Part shown: positions 26,154 to 41,143 of the stretch, in pieces
Layout: each line of letters begins with the position of its first letter
How positions within the stretch are numbered: position 1 is the stretch's first letter
DNA from: Eledone cirrhosa
Lineage: Eukaryota
Direction: 5' to 3'
NCBI GenBank assembly: GCA_964016885.1
Contig: OZ024756.1
Location: 38,626,001-38,690,000, forward strand
Length of the DNA stretch: 64,000 bases
The notes under the pieces: generated by a model
Seen by the model: the letters and a program-made list of their open reading frames with translations, nothing else
Databases searched by the model: none
Told to the model about the DNA's origin: nothing
Program-made: the position numbers and the translations under genes

Positions 26154-26990
26154 CTGTCTTGAGTTGAGGCCGGGGTGGCAACTTGTTTTAATCAGAAGAG
26201 GGGAAAATCGTTCACCTTTCGCTAAGTCTCTCAATCTATGACTGTATGTGTGTGTGTATGACTGTATGTGTGTGTGTGTGTGTATGACTGTGTGTGTGTG
26301 TGTATGACTGTGTGTGTGTGTGTATGACTGTGTGTGTGTGTGTGTGTCTGTGTATGACTGTATGTGTGTGTGTGTGTATGACTGTGTTTGTATGACTATG
26401 TATGTGTGTATATGTATGTATTTGTGTGTGTGTGTGTGACTATGACTATATATTTGTGTGTATGTATGTATGTGTGACTGTATAACTATATTTGTGTGTA
26501 TGTATGTGTGACTGTATGACTATATATTTGTGTCTGTATGTATGTATGTATGTATGACTATATATTTGTGTGTCTCTGTATTTGTGTGACTATGTATTTG
26601 TGTGTCTATGTATATATTTGTATGTATGTATGTATGTATGTTATACTATGTATATGTGTATAACGGTTCTGGGTGGCCGCTGGCTGTTCTATGTAGGCGG
26701 TGGTATGTAGGCAGTCTATGCGATGAGCCATAGCATCTCTCTCTCTACCCCCCCCCCCCCTGTCTCTCTCTACCCCCCCCCCCCCCTCTGTCCGTCTCTA
26801 CTCCTCCCCCTCTGTCTATCTCCCCCTCCTCTCTATTTTACTGTGACGAAATAAAAACTATTACGCAAAAAGTTTCGGTAAACAAAATCCACATCAGAAT
26901 AAAACTAAGACGTAACAAGTACTACAATAATTGTCATAGCAACAGCTACAACAGCAACAACCATCGCCCCCCCCCACTTAAATAACAGTA

Positions 26991-27025
<35 letters not shown>

Positions 27026-27319
27026 ATCACCACCATCGTAATACCACCTGACAACAGGAATAAATAACCCCCTCACAACGATAGCCATCACATTAACATC
27101 TCCTCACAGCAATAACACCTCACAACCAATTATCACCATGGCACCTAATAACGACACCACCTCACAATAACTACAACAAAACACTCTCAACAACAATGCT
27201 TCCTTATCACAACTAATTAACTCAACAACAATAACTATCACCACAGCTACTACAACAAACACAGTCACAACAACAACACCTTATCACAGCCATCACAACA
27301 CCCACAATAGCTAGTTACA

Positions 27320-27775
27320 ATAACCACCACAACTACTACAACACACACAATCACAACACCTCACAACGACCACCACAACTACTACAACACACACAATCAC
27401 AACACCTCACGACCACCACAACTACTACATCAAACACAATCACAACACCTCACAACGACCACCACAACTACTAAAACGACCACCACAACTACTACAACGA
27501 CCACCACAACTACTACATCAAACACAATCACAACACCTCACAACGACCACCACAACTACTACATCAAACACAATCACAACACCTCACAACGACCACCACA
27601 ACTACTACATCAAACACAATCACAACACCTCACAACGACCACCACAACTACTACACCAAACACAATCACAACACCTCACAACGACCAACACAACTACTAC
27701 ATCAAACACAATCACAACACCTCACAACAACCAACACAACTATTACAACAAACACACTCACAACTACTACATCAT
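27320..27775. repeat. 46-bp minisatellite ACAACGACCACCACAACTACTACATCAAACACAATCACAACACCTC
   Basis: Period of 46 (e.g. 27541 and 27587). Confidence 0.95.
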
Positions 27776-27799
27776 CTTCCTCCTGAATTCCATATTTTT

Positions 27800-28300
27800 A
27801 AACCACCACCTGGTGAGGTCAAACGATTTAACCACGGACTCAATCTTGGACACCATCTTAACCTTTAAGGTGTGGTGGTGGGGGAACTATATTTTAGCGC
27901 CATCTTTGCAGACTTTGTTTCTCCAGAACTTTCTTAATAATGTCTATTTTTTAATGACGGATATGGTGACAAAATAAGAATTTAATTTTTTAAAGAAATT
28001 CTTTCGTTATTGTTCTTTGATTTACTAAATACTTTCTATCTGTGTTCGAAGAAGGTTTGAGAAAACCTAGTCTTGGCAGTTTGTTCATGATGGCTATCCA
28101 ATTTCTTTGGAATAATATCGAAGATATTTTAGAGGAACGTAGTGTCATTTCTACAACTATGAATTGCGAGAAAAAAAAAAGGAATTTCTTTTCTTTTAAA
28201 TTCCATAATCCCGATCTAGAAATGGGAAGACGTAACTATTTCAATTTCATTAAAAACGATACATTAAGAAAGTTATGAGGAAACACTTGGTGGTGGAAGC
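27800..28300. promoter_or_regulatory. Candidate housekeeping promoter/first non-coding exon
   Basis: YY1-type GCGCCATCTT at 27897-27906 in unique sequence; RFX-like GTCATAGCAAC at ~26933; lies near an apparent switch to CpG-depleted DNA. Confidence 0.35.
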
Positions 28301-28977
28301 ACTAAATTATGTCAGTTTTTCTCCCTACTTTATTAAATAAATGATTTGATAGTTTTGAAAGTATTTTATACTCAGAATTGGTGTTTTTTTAAACTTGAGT
28401 TTGTGGGTTAACTTTAGTTTAATGTTCCCAACATCGACTTTGTTTCCTCAAAAAATTATAATAATGCTAATTTTTTTACTTTTCTGTTACCAATTTCCAA
28501 TGAAAGACATTGCTCTTGGTTTTTAAATAATCAAGCATCATATAAATAATCATCATCATCTTCGTTTAACGTCCATTTTCCACGCTAGCATGGGTTATAA
28601 TTATCTTATTAATTATGTGGTGTTTGGAATATAACTAACATCTTAGTTACGACCCATCATGGTCTGAGTTCAAATCCCGCCGAGGTTAACTTTGCCTTTC
28701 ATCTATACAGAGGTCGATAAAATAAAGTACCAGTATTGCACTGGGATAATTGCTGGCCTTGTGCCAAAAGTAGAAACAATTATTTAGGTGGTGTTTGGGA
28801 TAATTTTACAGACAAACGTTTTCAATACTTTATAAATATGTCGGTGAAATTTACCACCTCCCACAACAAAAATGTTTATTTAGTTGACATTATGTCATTC
28901 CTTTAGAAAATATATGACATTATTTATTATCAACATGAACTTGAAAGTTATGATGAAAAACTTTCTGAGTTTACTTT

Positions 28978-29206
28978 TTAACCCTTTAGCATTTACATTA
29001 CTCTATATTTACTATTATATTTTCATGGTAAAGGGTTTACCTCACATAATTATCTCATATATTATCGAATTTATGAGATTTTGATATTATTTATTTTGAG
29101 AACAATACGTTAACGTAAGTATGAGTAGCAAGTTATGGTCAGTTTGAGCAGAAAGCGGTGAGAGAACTCTGGCCAGATATGGTCAGTTTAAATGCTAAAG
29201 GGTTAA
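28978..29206 (+). mobile_element. MITE family P
   Basis: TTAA-CCCTTTAGC...GCTAAAGGG-TTAA. Confidence 0.9.
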
Positions 29207-29637
29207 TGTATTGGTGACACATGGCTGATAAATTAAGTCCAAGTTCAGTAGGGTGGTTGAATAGCTAGATTATGTTGGAAGATTTTGATTTACATAAGGA
29301 CCCTTTAAAATAGGACTTTAAAGGGTTCTTTTTGATAGAACAAATGGCAGTTTGGTTAGGCTGTTCTAATGAAATACATTGATAAAAAAAAAAAAAAAGG
29401 ATTTACTAAGAATATTTAATAGAAATGGTATTTGTAACATAACAAAAATTTCTTTATATACAATTGAAAAATATTTAAAACAGGAACCCATTAAACACCA
29501 GGGTCAGTGTTGTATCATCACACCACCACCGTTTTACGTCCGTTCTTCCACGCTAGCATGGGTTAGACGGGTTGTCCTGTTGTGGGCAGTGCTCGGTCGG
29601 CTGACCTTGTCTTCCTCATAGGGGAACTGATATGTAT

Positions 29638-29676
<39 letters not shown>

Positions 29677-29742
29677 AGGATGGATTCAGTTTGAAACTGG
29701 TTAGACCATTACTTACCAGAGTACCTGATACTTGGGGTAGTA

Positions 29743-29810
29743 TAGAGTCAGGACTCCAATGACTGAGCTCTTGAAACAGCAAGAGCTCAACTGTTGGGGT
29801 CCCGACTCTT
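29743..29810. mobile_element. Family D fold-back remnant
   Basis: AGAGTCAGGACTCCAA..TGAGCTCTTG / CAAGAGCTCA..TTGGGGTCCCGACTCT inverted arms between TA tracts. Confidence 0.6.
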
Positions 29811-29814
29811 GATA

Positions 29815-30057
29815 ATATATGTATATATGTATGTATATATATATCTATGTATGTATATGTATATATATATGTATGTATATATATATATCTATATATATCT
29901 ATGTATGTATATGTATATATATATGTATATATATATCTATATATATATCTATGTATGTATATGTATATAAATATATGTGTATATGTATATGTATATATAT
30001 CTATGTATATATATATGTGTATATATATCTATGTATGTATTTGTATATATATGTATA

Positions 30058-30096
<39 letters not shown>

Positions 30097-30151
30097 ATAT
30101 GTATATATATATCTATATATATCTATGTATGTATTTGTATATATATGTATA

Positions 30152-30194
<43 letters not shown>

Positions 30195-30303
30195 ATATGT
30201 ATATATATATCTATATATATCTATGTATGTATATGTATATATATCTATGTATGTATATATATATATATATGTGTATATATATATATATCTATGTATGTAT
30301 ATG

Positions 30304-30336
<33 letters not shown>

Positions 30337-30808
30337 GTGTATATATATATATATCTATGTATGTATATGTATATATATCTATGTATGTATATGTATATAT
30401 ATCTATGTATGTATATATATATATATATGTGTATATATATATATCTATGTATGTATATGTATATATATATATATATGTGTATATATATATATATCTATGT
30501 ATGTATATGTATATATATATATATATGTGTATATATATATATCTATGTATGTATATGTATATATATCTATGTATGTATGTATATATATATATATATGTGT
30601 ATATATATATATCTATGTATGTATTTGTATATATATATATGTATATATATATGTGTATATATATATATATATGTGTGTATATATATACACACATTTATGA
30701 CTACCTGTCTCAAACAGGTAGTCATAAATAACTTACAGAAGAACATATGTTGTGTGTAAGCACAGCACACATATATACACGCATAGTTATTTGTACTCTC
30801 TTTCACGC

Positions 30809-30846
<38 letters not shown>

Positions 30847-31252
30847 TTTAGTGCATATGCTAACTTGTACACACAATTATACACATACACACACGCATTC
30901 ACACTGACACGTGAGTGCACATATTAATCTGTACACACACATGGAATCACACACATACACATACACACATGTACACACACATGCAATCATACAAACATGT
31001 GCACACACATGCAATCACACACGTACACACACATGCAATCACACACATACACACACATGCAATCACACACATACGCATACACACATGCAATCACACACAT
31101 ACGCATACAAACATGTACACACACATGCAATCACACACACACACACATGTACACACACATGCAATCACACACATACACATACAAACATGTACACACAAAT
31201 ACACATACACATACACACACACAATCACACACATACACACATACACACACAA
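29815..31252. repeat. Compound TA/TATG/TATC and CA-rich microsatellites
   Basis: Direct inspection. Confidence 0.95.
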
Positions 31253-32547
31253 ACAGCTGTTATATGACACTGAACTAGAGAAGTAAAATAGTCCCCTACA
31301 TCAGGTTAACAAAACACTTTCTATAATTTATGTGGAAGTTGACATTTTTCAACACTTCAACTTTAAATTCTGCTTGGAACTGGGCAGCTAAAGTACACTA
31401 CAGCTGTTGTTATTGTTGGTGGTGTGGTGTGGTGGTGTGGTGGTGTGGTGGTGGTTGTAGTGGTGTTGGTGGTATGCTGTTAGTAGTGGCAGTGTTGGTG
31501 GTGTGGTGGTGTTTGGCTAGTGGTGTTGCTAGTAGTGTTAGTGTTGGTGGTATGGTGTTAGTGGTGTTGGTGGTAGTGGTATGGTGGTGTTGGTGGTGAC
31601 AGTGTTAGTGGTGTTCGTGGTATGGTGTTGGTGGTATGTTGTTGTCGGTAGTGGTGGTGTTGGTATGTTGGTGTTTTGGGTGGTAATGGTGGTGTTGGCT
31701 TAGTGGTGATATGTTGGTGGTGGTGGCTTGGTGTTGGTATGCTATTGTTGCTGTTGTTTGTAGTACTGGTGGTGTGTTTGTGTTGTTGTTGGTAATGGTG
31801 GTGTTGGTCTGTTGGTGGTGTTTGTGGTGGTGTTAGTATTTTGCTTGTGGTGGTGATGATGTTGATATGCTGTTGTTGATGTTGGTGGTAATGTTGGTGG
31901 TGTTAGTGGTGGTGTTGATGTGGTGATGGTGGTGGTGTTAGTATTTTGGTAGTGGTGTTGATTTGATGGTGTTAGTGGTGTTGATGGTATTAGTGTTGAT
32001 GGTTGCTGAGGAATATGGTAACAGAAGGGTTAAAATATTCAGTCAAAATGTCATACTGAACCAAGAACCAATAATCAATATATTATCAATCACTTAATCA
32101 ATAATATAATGGTGTCTACCTCTCTTTTTTGTTGACACTTTTCTCTTCTTTCTTTCCTTCCTTTCCTTATTCTTTCTTTCTTTCTTTCCTCGTCATACTT
32201 TTTCTTTCATTCTTAACTATTTCATTCGTTTGTTCTGTCATTTTTTTCTTCATTGTTCTGTCATTCTTTTCTTCATTTTTCTTCTATTTTTTCATTCTTT
32301 TTTCCTTTCAATTTTCTTTCTTTTCCCCATATTTCTGCCCTTTCTTTCACTTCCCCCTATTTTTCTTTCTCTTTCTTTGATTATTTTTTATTTTTCTTCC
32401 ATCTTTTGTTTTCTTCCCCCTCTGCCCCCTACCCCAGTTTTTTCTTCTTTTCTTCTTTTTTTCACACAGTTTATAGTTATTTTTCCTTCACTGTTAAACC
32501 AAATCAAAATTTCCATTAAAAAAAGGGATGAAATTATTAAGTAGAGA

Positions 32548-32660
32548 CAGTAACCATGTCTCCCTCACAGGTCCTCAGTAACCATGTCTCCCTCACAGGT
32601 CCTCAGTAACCATGTCTCCCTCACAGGTCCTCAGTAACCATGTCTCCCTCACAGGTCCTC
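32548..32660. repeat. 28-bp tandem repeat x4, CAGTAACCATGTCTCCCTCACAGGTCCT
   Basis: Four identical units. Confidence 0.97.
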
Positions 32661-33429
32661 TCAGGATAAGTGAACTCTTTTGTTACGATATTTTTAATGA
32701 AATACATTATTTGAATTTAATTAATGAATTCGGAAGGATTTTTACTAAAGTTCTCATTATGAAGGTGGTATTTAATAAAAGGTTCTTATATCATATAATT
32801 GTTTCTACTTTTGGCACAAGGCCAGCAATTACCCAGTGCATTACTGGTACTTTATTTTATCGACCCTGTAAGGATGAAAGGCAAAGTTAACCTTGGCGGG
32901 ATTTGAACTCAGAATGGCAAGGGCCGTAACTCTATGCATCAAATAATGTTGGAAGGTTTTAATTTAATTAAGAACCCTTTAAAATGGGTCGTTTTGATTC
33001 ATAGGACCAAGTCTTGTTTATATTTTTTTGATTATTTTCCATAATTTTATTTATATTTATTATATTTATTTATTTTCCAATTCAACTAACCACCAGATTA
33101 AAAAAAATAAAATATAATAAAATAAAAATCAAAGAATTTCTCAAAAAATGGTCATCAGTAGATCGAGAACCACTTAACCCTTTTAACTGTTTGAAGTTTG
33201 AAAATAAGAGGTTCCCAAATGCAGAAAATAGCTGTAATAACAGTCAATCTCTATAGATAATAGTTGAAAAAAATTAGGGTAAATTAAAATTACTCTTCGA
33301 GACTGAAAGAAATTGACCAGACTATCCTAATGACTTAATGGTAACACACTTCCATGGTATTCAAGAGATACAGGGCTCACTTCCTTGGAGGGGCCTCTGT
33401 CTTCTTATTTCTCCACCTCCAAGTTTTTT

Positions 33430-34164
33430 TTAACTCTTTAGCTTTTACATTACTCCATATTTACTATTATATTTTCACAGTAAATGCTTTATCTTACATA
33501 ATTATCTCACATAATATTGAAGCTAGGAGATTTTGATATTTATTTTGAGAACAATACCTTAACATTGGTATGAACGGCCGATTATGGCCAGTTTGAACAG
33601 AAAGAGGTGAGAGAATTCTGGCCGGTTTAAATGCTAAAGGGTTCAATATTATCTATAGTAATCAGCTTTTTTTACAGTCATTTTATGTGTTTGGGATGCT
33701 CACATTTCAAATTCCTAATACTTCCTGTACTTCAATAATCCATAAACTTTATTTACTAACCTGTTTGCTTTAACTCTTTAGCATTTAAACTGGCCATATC
33801 CGGCCAGAATTCACTCACCTCTTTCTTATCTAACTGGTCACTCATACTGATGTTAAGGTACTGTTCTCAAAATAAATAATATCAATCTCATAGCTTCGAT
33901 ATTATGTGATATAAAGCCTTTACCATGAAAATACAATAGTGTATATATAATAATTGTTTCTACTTTTGGCACAAGGCCAGCAATTACCCAGTACATTACT
34001 GGTACTTTATTTTATCGACCCCGTAAGGATGAAAGGCAAAGTTAACCTCGACGGGATTTGAATTCAAACCGTAAAGGGACGTAACTATGCTAGAAAGCAT
34101 GGCGTCCGACCCTCTACCGATACTGCCAATTCACCGCCTAATAATGTAAATGGTTAATGGGTTT
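33430..34164. mobile_element. Two MITE family P copies; the second is interrupted by a full Meta-like SINE (33950-34139, -)
   Basis: MITE sequence resumes after the SINE. Confidence 0.85.
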
Positions 34165-35190
34165 ATATTTAAATAAAAACCTTCCATCATTATTTCATGT
34201 AAGAACCTTTGTTAAGCTGTTCTGAACATTATCTTAATAATGAGAAAATTAGTTATATTACTAAATTGTTCCAAATGGTTGAAAAATCATAGTCAGTCTT
34301 TCATTAGAAATATGGTATTGAAGAGGTTAAAATGTTTATATTTATCTAAAAACCTTCCATCATAATATTATGTAAGAACCTTTGTTCCAAACACTATCTA
34401 AATAATGACTACTTTATATTATTGAAGTCTCCAAATGCTTAATTATTTTCAAAATTATTTGAAAATCATAAGTAGTGTTAGAGCTGGTTTAAACAGGAAG
34501 AGCTGAGGGAATTCTGGCCGGATATGGCAGGTTTAAATGCTAAAAGTTTAAGCTGATATTTCAAGCATAACTTAAAGGTTCTTACATAAAATTATGATGG
34601 AAAGTTTTAAAATAAATATAAACACTTTAAAAAAAAATAGTTTTGTATTATAGAAGCAGAGTATGTGAGCAGAGAACAACATTTTATTTTCCAAAGGAAA
34701 AAGTGATAGTGACTTGTAAATTTTGGTAGTGGTGTCTCTTCATATATCATCATCATTGCATATATCAATAAAAGGCAGGTAGTTGTAATACATGTTTTGA
34801 TGTATGGTTCTTCACACAGTAGGCTTCTAGTAAAACGGGATATTGCTCAGTTTGAGGCACCTCGAGTAAAATGTCTGCTATAGCAGACATTTTACTCAAG
34901 GTGTCTGTAAATCTATGATATGGTATTATGATGATGATGAGATGGTCACAACTGGAATATTGCAACAACTGGTCAAAATTGGAAAAGATCAATAAATCAA
35001 TTGATTGCTGCTATTGTCTCAGATTTAGAAATATTTCACCCCAATGTATGCAAGACAAAGCAGCTAATTTCAAAGTTGACCAGACAAAGGTTAAATACAA
35101 CCAGTAGGTGGAGTTGTTAGAACAGTTCTTAGATAAATTACCACGCTGTAGTCCTTCTGGTTTTCACTGCTCTCAGTTCAAATCCTGCCT

Positions 35191-35432
35191 TTGACCCTTT
35201 AGCTTTTACATTACTCTATATTTAGTACTGTATTTTCACAGTTGTATTTACTATTATATTTTCACGATAAAGGCTTTATCTCACATAATATCGAATCTAT
35301 GAGATTTTGATATGAGTTATTTTGAGAATAATACCTTAACATAAGTATGAGCAACCGGTTACAGTCAGTTTGAACAGAAAGAGGTGAGAGAATTCTGGCT
35401 GGATATGGTCGGTTTAAATACTAAAGAGTTAA
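35191..35432 (+). mobile_element. MITE family P
   Basis: Internal homology with a short internal duplication. Confidence 0.85.
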
Positions 35433-35815
35433 TTCTTTCAGGAGGTAAAATAAGTTTACCAGTTCTGTGCAGGGGCTTATTGTTTTAGCCCTTCTCCCCT
35501 CCACCCCACCCATCTCTCTCTCTCAATATATATATATATATATAAACTCTACTCCTGTGTTGAGTACTTTTTCTCACTTACATCAGTAATACATAGATAT
35601 GTGTGTGTGTGTGTTTGCATATAAGTTTATATAAATTAATAATAGTTTTTTTCATTTTTATAAACTAATAAAAACAATTTTTATTTCTTTTATTGGCCAG
35701 TTATTGAGTTTTTCATTAAATAAACTCCTTTCTGGTATACCAATAGTTTTTATTTTCCTTTGAGTAGAAGAAAAACAATATCTGTCTCGTGATATTTAGC
35801 TTTTATATATATATG

Positions 35816-35849
<34 letters not shown>

Positions 35850-35852
35850 TAC

Positions 35853-36230
35853 ACAATATATTAATAAATGGAAACTATATTTATAAAACCATATTTATTT
35901 TATTATATATATTTCAAGGGCAACCAAGGCAAATTATGGTGCACTTTCATCAGATTTGTTTTATAAATAAATATTGACATACCCGGAAAAAAGACAACCT
36001 TAACGGTTGGAGCTTCCTGGATAGTGGAGATAATATTTTATTGAGGGTAATACAAAGTTATGAGTGAGTATGCAAATGAGTATCCGAAAAGTTGAAAAGA
36101 TAACGGTTTATTTAAATTAAACTGTTGGAAGAGGATGATATGTAAGGGAGAGAGAAAAAGAAAAAAGAAAAATAGAAAAGGAATTTTTAAGCTTGTTGAA
36201 TCCCAACAAATTAAATATAACCTCTGCATA
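35853..36230 (-). mobile_element. Penelope-like remnant, family A; hammerhead at 35896-35953 lacks the 5' stem I strand
   Basis: Near-identical to 42135-42310 but with an 11-bp deletion before CTGATGA; inverted tail copy at 36180-36228. Confidence 0.7.
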
Positions 36231-36604
36231 TATATATTAAAATAATGGATTAAACTTTAAGCAAAGAATCACTGCTTTCACTGTTAAGGGATTTTAGTCT
36301 TCACATTTATTATTATTACTATATATATATCTTTAATGCGTAGAAATGTCTATGATCTCCAGCAGACAACTGGTGAAGGGAAATTATCCTCCGTTCGTGC
36401 TTTCTTCTTATTTATAAATACACTTTATCCAGGAATGACACAGCCCCTGTTTCTTCTAAAAAATTTATATATATATTCATTGCTAGCTTGGAAAAAAGAC
36501 GTTAAACAACAATGATGATGATTGCGATGCTGATATATATATATATTTATATATAAAACATGGGCTGTGATTGCAGGGGATATGTGTAGTCGGCAGAGAA
36601 ATTA

Positions 36605-36812
36605 AGCAACTATACTCTGTTGGATGTGCAACGTAAGTGTGAGAGAGACGCAGAGCTTGGATGAGTTGAAGGAGAAGCTGGATTTAAGAGGAATCCGAGA
36701 GAAGACTGGATTGGTTTGGACTGGTTTGGACATGTGATGCACATGGATGATGATCGTTGGGTGAAGAAATGCCAGTGGAAGGAAGCCACAGTAGAGGTAG
36801 ACTAAGAAAGAA
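36605..36812 (+). mobile_element. RTE LINE C-terminal fragment
   Basis: LKEKLDLRGI...WFGHVMHMDDDRWVKKC. Confidence 0.75.
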
Positions 36813-36930
36813 TATATATATATATCATCATCATCATCGTTTAACGTCTATCTTCCACGCTAGCATGGTTAGACAGGAATTGTCCCACTTGAGGCTAGAT
36901 TGGTCGGGTGACCGTGTCTCACTCGTATAG

Positions 36931-36989
<59 letters not shown>

Positions 36990-37203
36990 TAACAGATTAA
37001 AGTTTAAGCAAAGAATCAGCGATTCTTTGCTTAATCTTTATAAATATCTACTCTGCTTAATCTTAATAAATATTTACTCTACGATTTTTATATATTTTTA
37101 TATATATATTTATCCTTATTGAACCGCCTTTGGATTTTGGTCTTCACATTTATTATTATTACTATATATATACACAGAGACAGAAACAAACACACACAAG
37201 TAG

Positions 37204-37255
<52 letters not shown>

Positions 37256-38341
37256 CACACACACACTTATACTAAGTAAATAAAATGAAAGAATGTTGTC
37301 ATTCCTTCACCTTTGTCTCTGTTGTCTTTGTTGTCTCAGTACTGACTAATTGCAAAAATATTTAGTACCTGGAAATATACATACATACCTGTATATATAC
37401 ATATATAGCTGTATATATGTATACAGCTATATATGTATATATATATATACAGGTATGTATGTATATTTCCAGGTACTAAACATTGTGAGTATTACCATAT
37501 ACAGTATATGGTAATATATTGTGAGGTTTAACATCCTGAGATCAACTTTCACCACTTCTGTCTCATGTCTTCCTTGGTCTTCCTCTACCATGGCTTCCTT
37601 CCACTTGGAACTCCTGCAGATTAACAGGTTTATGGTTGACTGCTCAGTGCCAACCACTGGCCTTAAGCTCTAGTTTCTCCTTTACTTGTGAAGGTGCGTG
37701 GCCTCATGGTCAGTGTTCTACAACTCTTACTAGCAGGGAAAACAGACATAAAATGATGATAACATATATATATATAAGTAGGTAACATGGTAAAAAGCTC
37801 CCAGCCCACACTGTAAATGTGGTTGGTGTTCGGAAGGGCATCCGTAGAAAACCTGCCAGACAGTCCTATACAAGCGAGACACTGTTACCCGACCAATCTT
37901 GTCTCAAGTGGGACAATTCCTGTCTAACCCATGCTATTGTGGAAGATAGACGTTAAATGATGATATATATATATATACACACACACTCAGATGTGTGTAT
38001 AATTAGACTGAGGTCCCTCATTAAAACACCCAAGAAACCTATAAAATGCAACCTTGTAGGAGGTCAGCTAAACTTAGATGTGAGTTGTTCCGCTCCCCCC
38101 ATTCACCTCACTTCACCCTATATGTCATTATGTCATTGTAACTGACTTGGTAATCAATATGCTATATAAGCAATATTTCTCTCTGGACAATACCCCCCTC
38201 ACCCCCCACCGTTAGTAAACAATGCAAAATGTTATGTAAGGCTAAGTGTCTGAGACATTCCCCCCCCCTCTCTCTCTCTCTGACTGACTGTTAAATAACT
38301 CTAACTATTTAACATAGAGTTGAACACACATGTATATATAT

Positions 38342-38388
<47 letters not shown>

Positions 38389-38418
38389 TTGGATTTTAGT
38401 CTTCAAATTTATTATTAT

Positions 38419-38454
<36 letters not shown>

Positions 38455-38459
38455 TTTCT

Positions 38460-38696
38460 GAATTTATTTAGCAAGATTCTTTATCTGAAAACGTGTGTTG
38501 AAACCGATATTGTTATACTTTGGGAGGGTCATGTTGCCAATAAGAAACACATGCACTAGTTGCTTTCACTACAATTTATTGTAAATTAGACATTTTTTCA
38601 AAAAAAAAAAAAAAAAAAAAAAAAAATTTACAATAAATTAGAGTGAAAGCAACTGGTGCATGTGTTTCTTATTGGCAACATGACCCTCCCAAAGTA
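38460..38696. mobile_element. DNA-element end forming a ~70-bp inverted repeat around poly(A)
   Basis: Arms at 38517-38587 and 38624-38696; the left part GCAAGATTC..GTGTGTTGAAAC.GATATTGTTA recurs at ~10405-10450 (-) and 63272-63322. Confidence 0.6.
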
Positions 38697-38847
38697 AATA
38701 TATATATATATAAGTTGATTACATAGCCCTTAGTAGGTGACTGGTATCAGTGACGTAGCTAGTTTGTGTGTGCTATCTGGGCCAGCCCTTCAGTTTGCTA
38801 GCTCTGGGCCCCCCCACAAAAAATACACATTTCTCTGTGACTCACTC

Positions 38848-39061
38848 TTAAACTTTTAGCATTTAAACCGGCCATATCCGGCCAGAATTCTTTCACCTCT
38901 TTCTGTTCAAACCAGCCACAACCAGCTGCTCATTCTTTCGTTAAGGGATTGTTCTAAAAAAATTGATATCAAATCTCGTAGATTTGATATTGTGTGAGAT
39001 AAAGACTTTACTGTGAAAATACAGTAGTAAATATAGAATAATGTAAATACTAAAGGGTTAA
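38848..39061 (-). mobile_element. MITE family P
   Basis: Homology and TTAA ends. Confidence 0.85.
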
Positions 39062-39658
39062 AGTTATATGTATGTAAAGTGCTTGTGTAAGCATCACGAC
39101 AAACAGCACCCAGTACTCACTGTAAATGAGGTTGGTGCTAGGAAGGGCATCCGGGTATAGAAATCGAGCCAAAATTGGTTCTGTAAGAGCATGACATGGT
39201 CACCTGACCTAGCCTTGCTCATAACAAAATAACATGTCTAACTCATGCTAGCATGGAAAATGGATATTAAATGGTGATGATGATGATGTTGATATGAACT
39301 AGTCTGAGTACAATTATAATATTATACTGCAGCATTAAAAGAACACTTAGGCCTACAGTAGACCTAAAAGTGTTGCCTGAGGTGAACTTCCCTCCTCGGC
39401 CCTCCTCAAGCTACGCTACTGACTGGTACTTTATTTTATCAGTCTGAGAAAGTTTAAAAAAAAATGCGTTGACCTCAGCAGGATTTGAACTCAGAACATC
39501 AATAAAGGGGCTGTAAGAGAATATGTCTGCAAAGCATTTTGTTCCAACATATCCGCTCCACTGATTCTGCTCCAATCCCACCAATGATGATGATAGTAAA
39601 AGACAATATATATGTATATATATATATACATGTATATATATAAATATATGTATATGTA

Positions 39659-39700
<42 letters not shown>

Positions 39701-40029
39701 AGCAAGGTCTTGTATTACAGAAAGCCAAATATTAAAAAAAAATATATATATAAATAAATATATATATATATATATATTTATACATGTTTTTTTTGAAGGC
39801 ATTCCAGTAGTGAGAAAATAAAATTAAAAGAAATACAAGCCATGAAATAAAATAGAAATAAAATCTAAGAAATAAACATTGTGATTAGAAAATTTTTATT
39901 TCTATAACACATTCTTTGAAAATGTTTATAAAAGCGGAAATTGGTATAAGTGTATAGAGAGCTTGCAGCAGAAAAGATGAATTTAAGTAGCAGGGTTGAA
40001 GGTGTGTGTGTAAGGGAAGGGTTACTACA

Positions 40030-41143
<1,114 letters not shown>

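Noticed and set aside
28042-28278. ORF containing IEDILEE as the POLR2H first coding exon
   Set aside because: Resemblance to FEDIFD is superficial; no DVKDIDPEGKKFDR follows
32548-32660. Tandem splice acceptors (CTCCCTCACAG|GT)
   Set aside because: No recognisable exon follows; treated as a simple 28-bp tandem duplication
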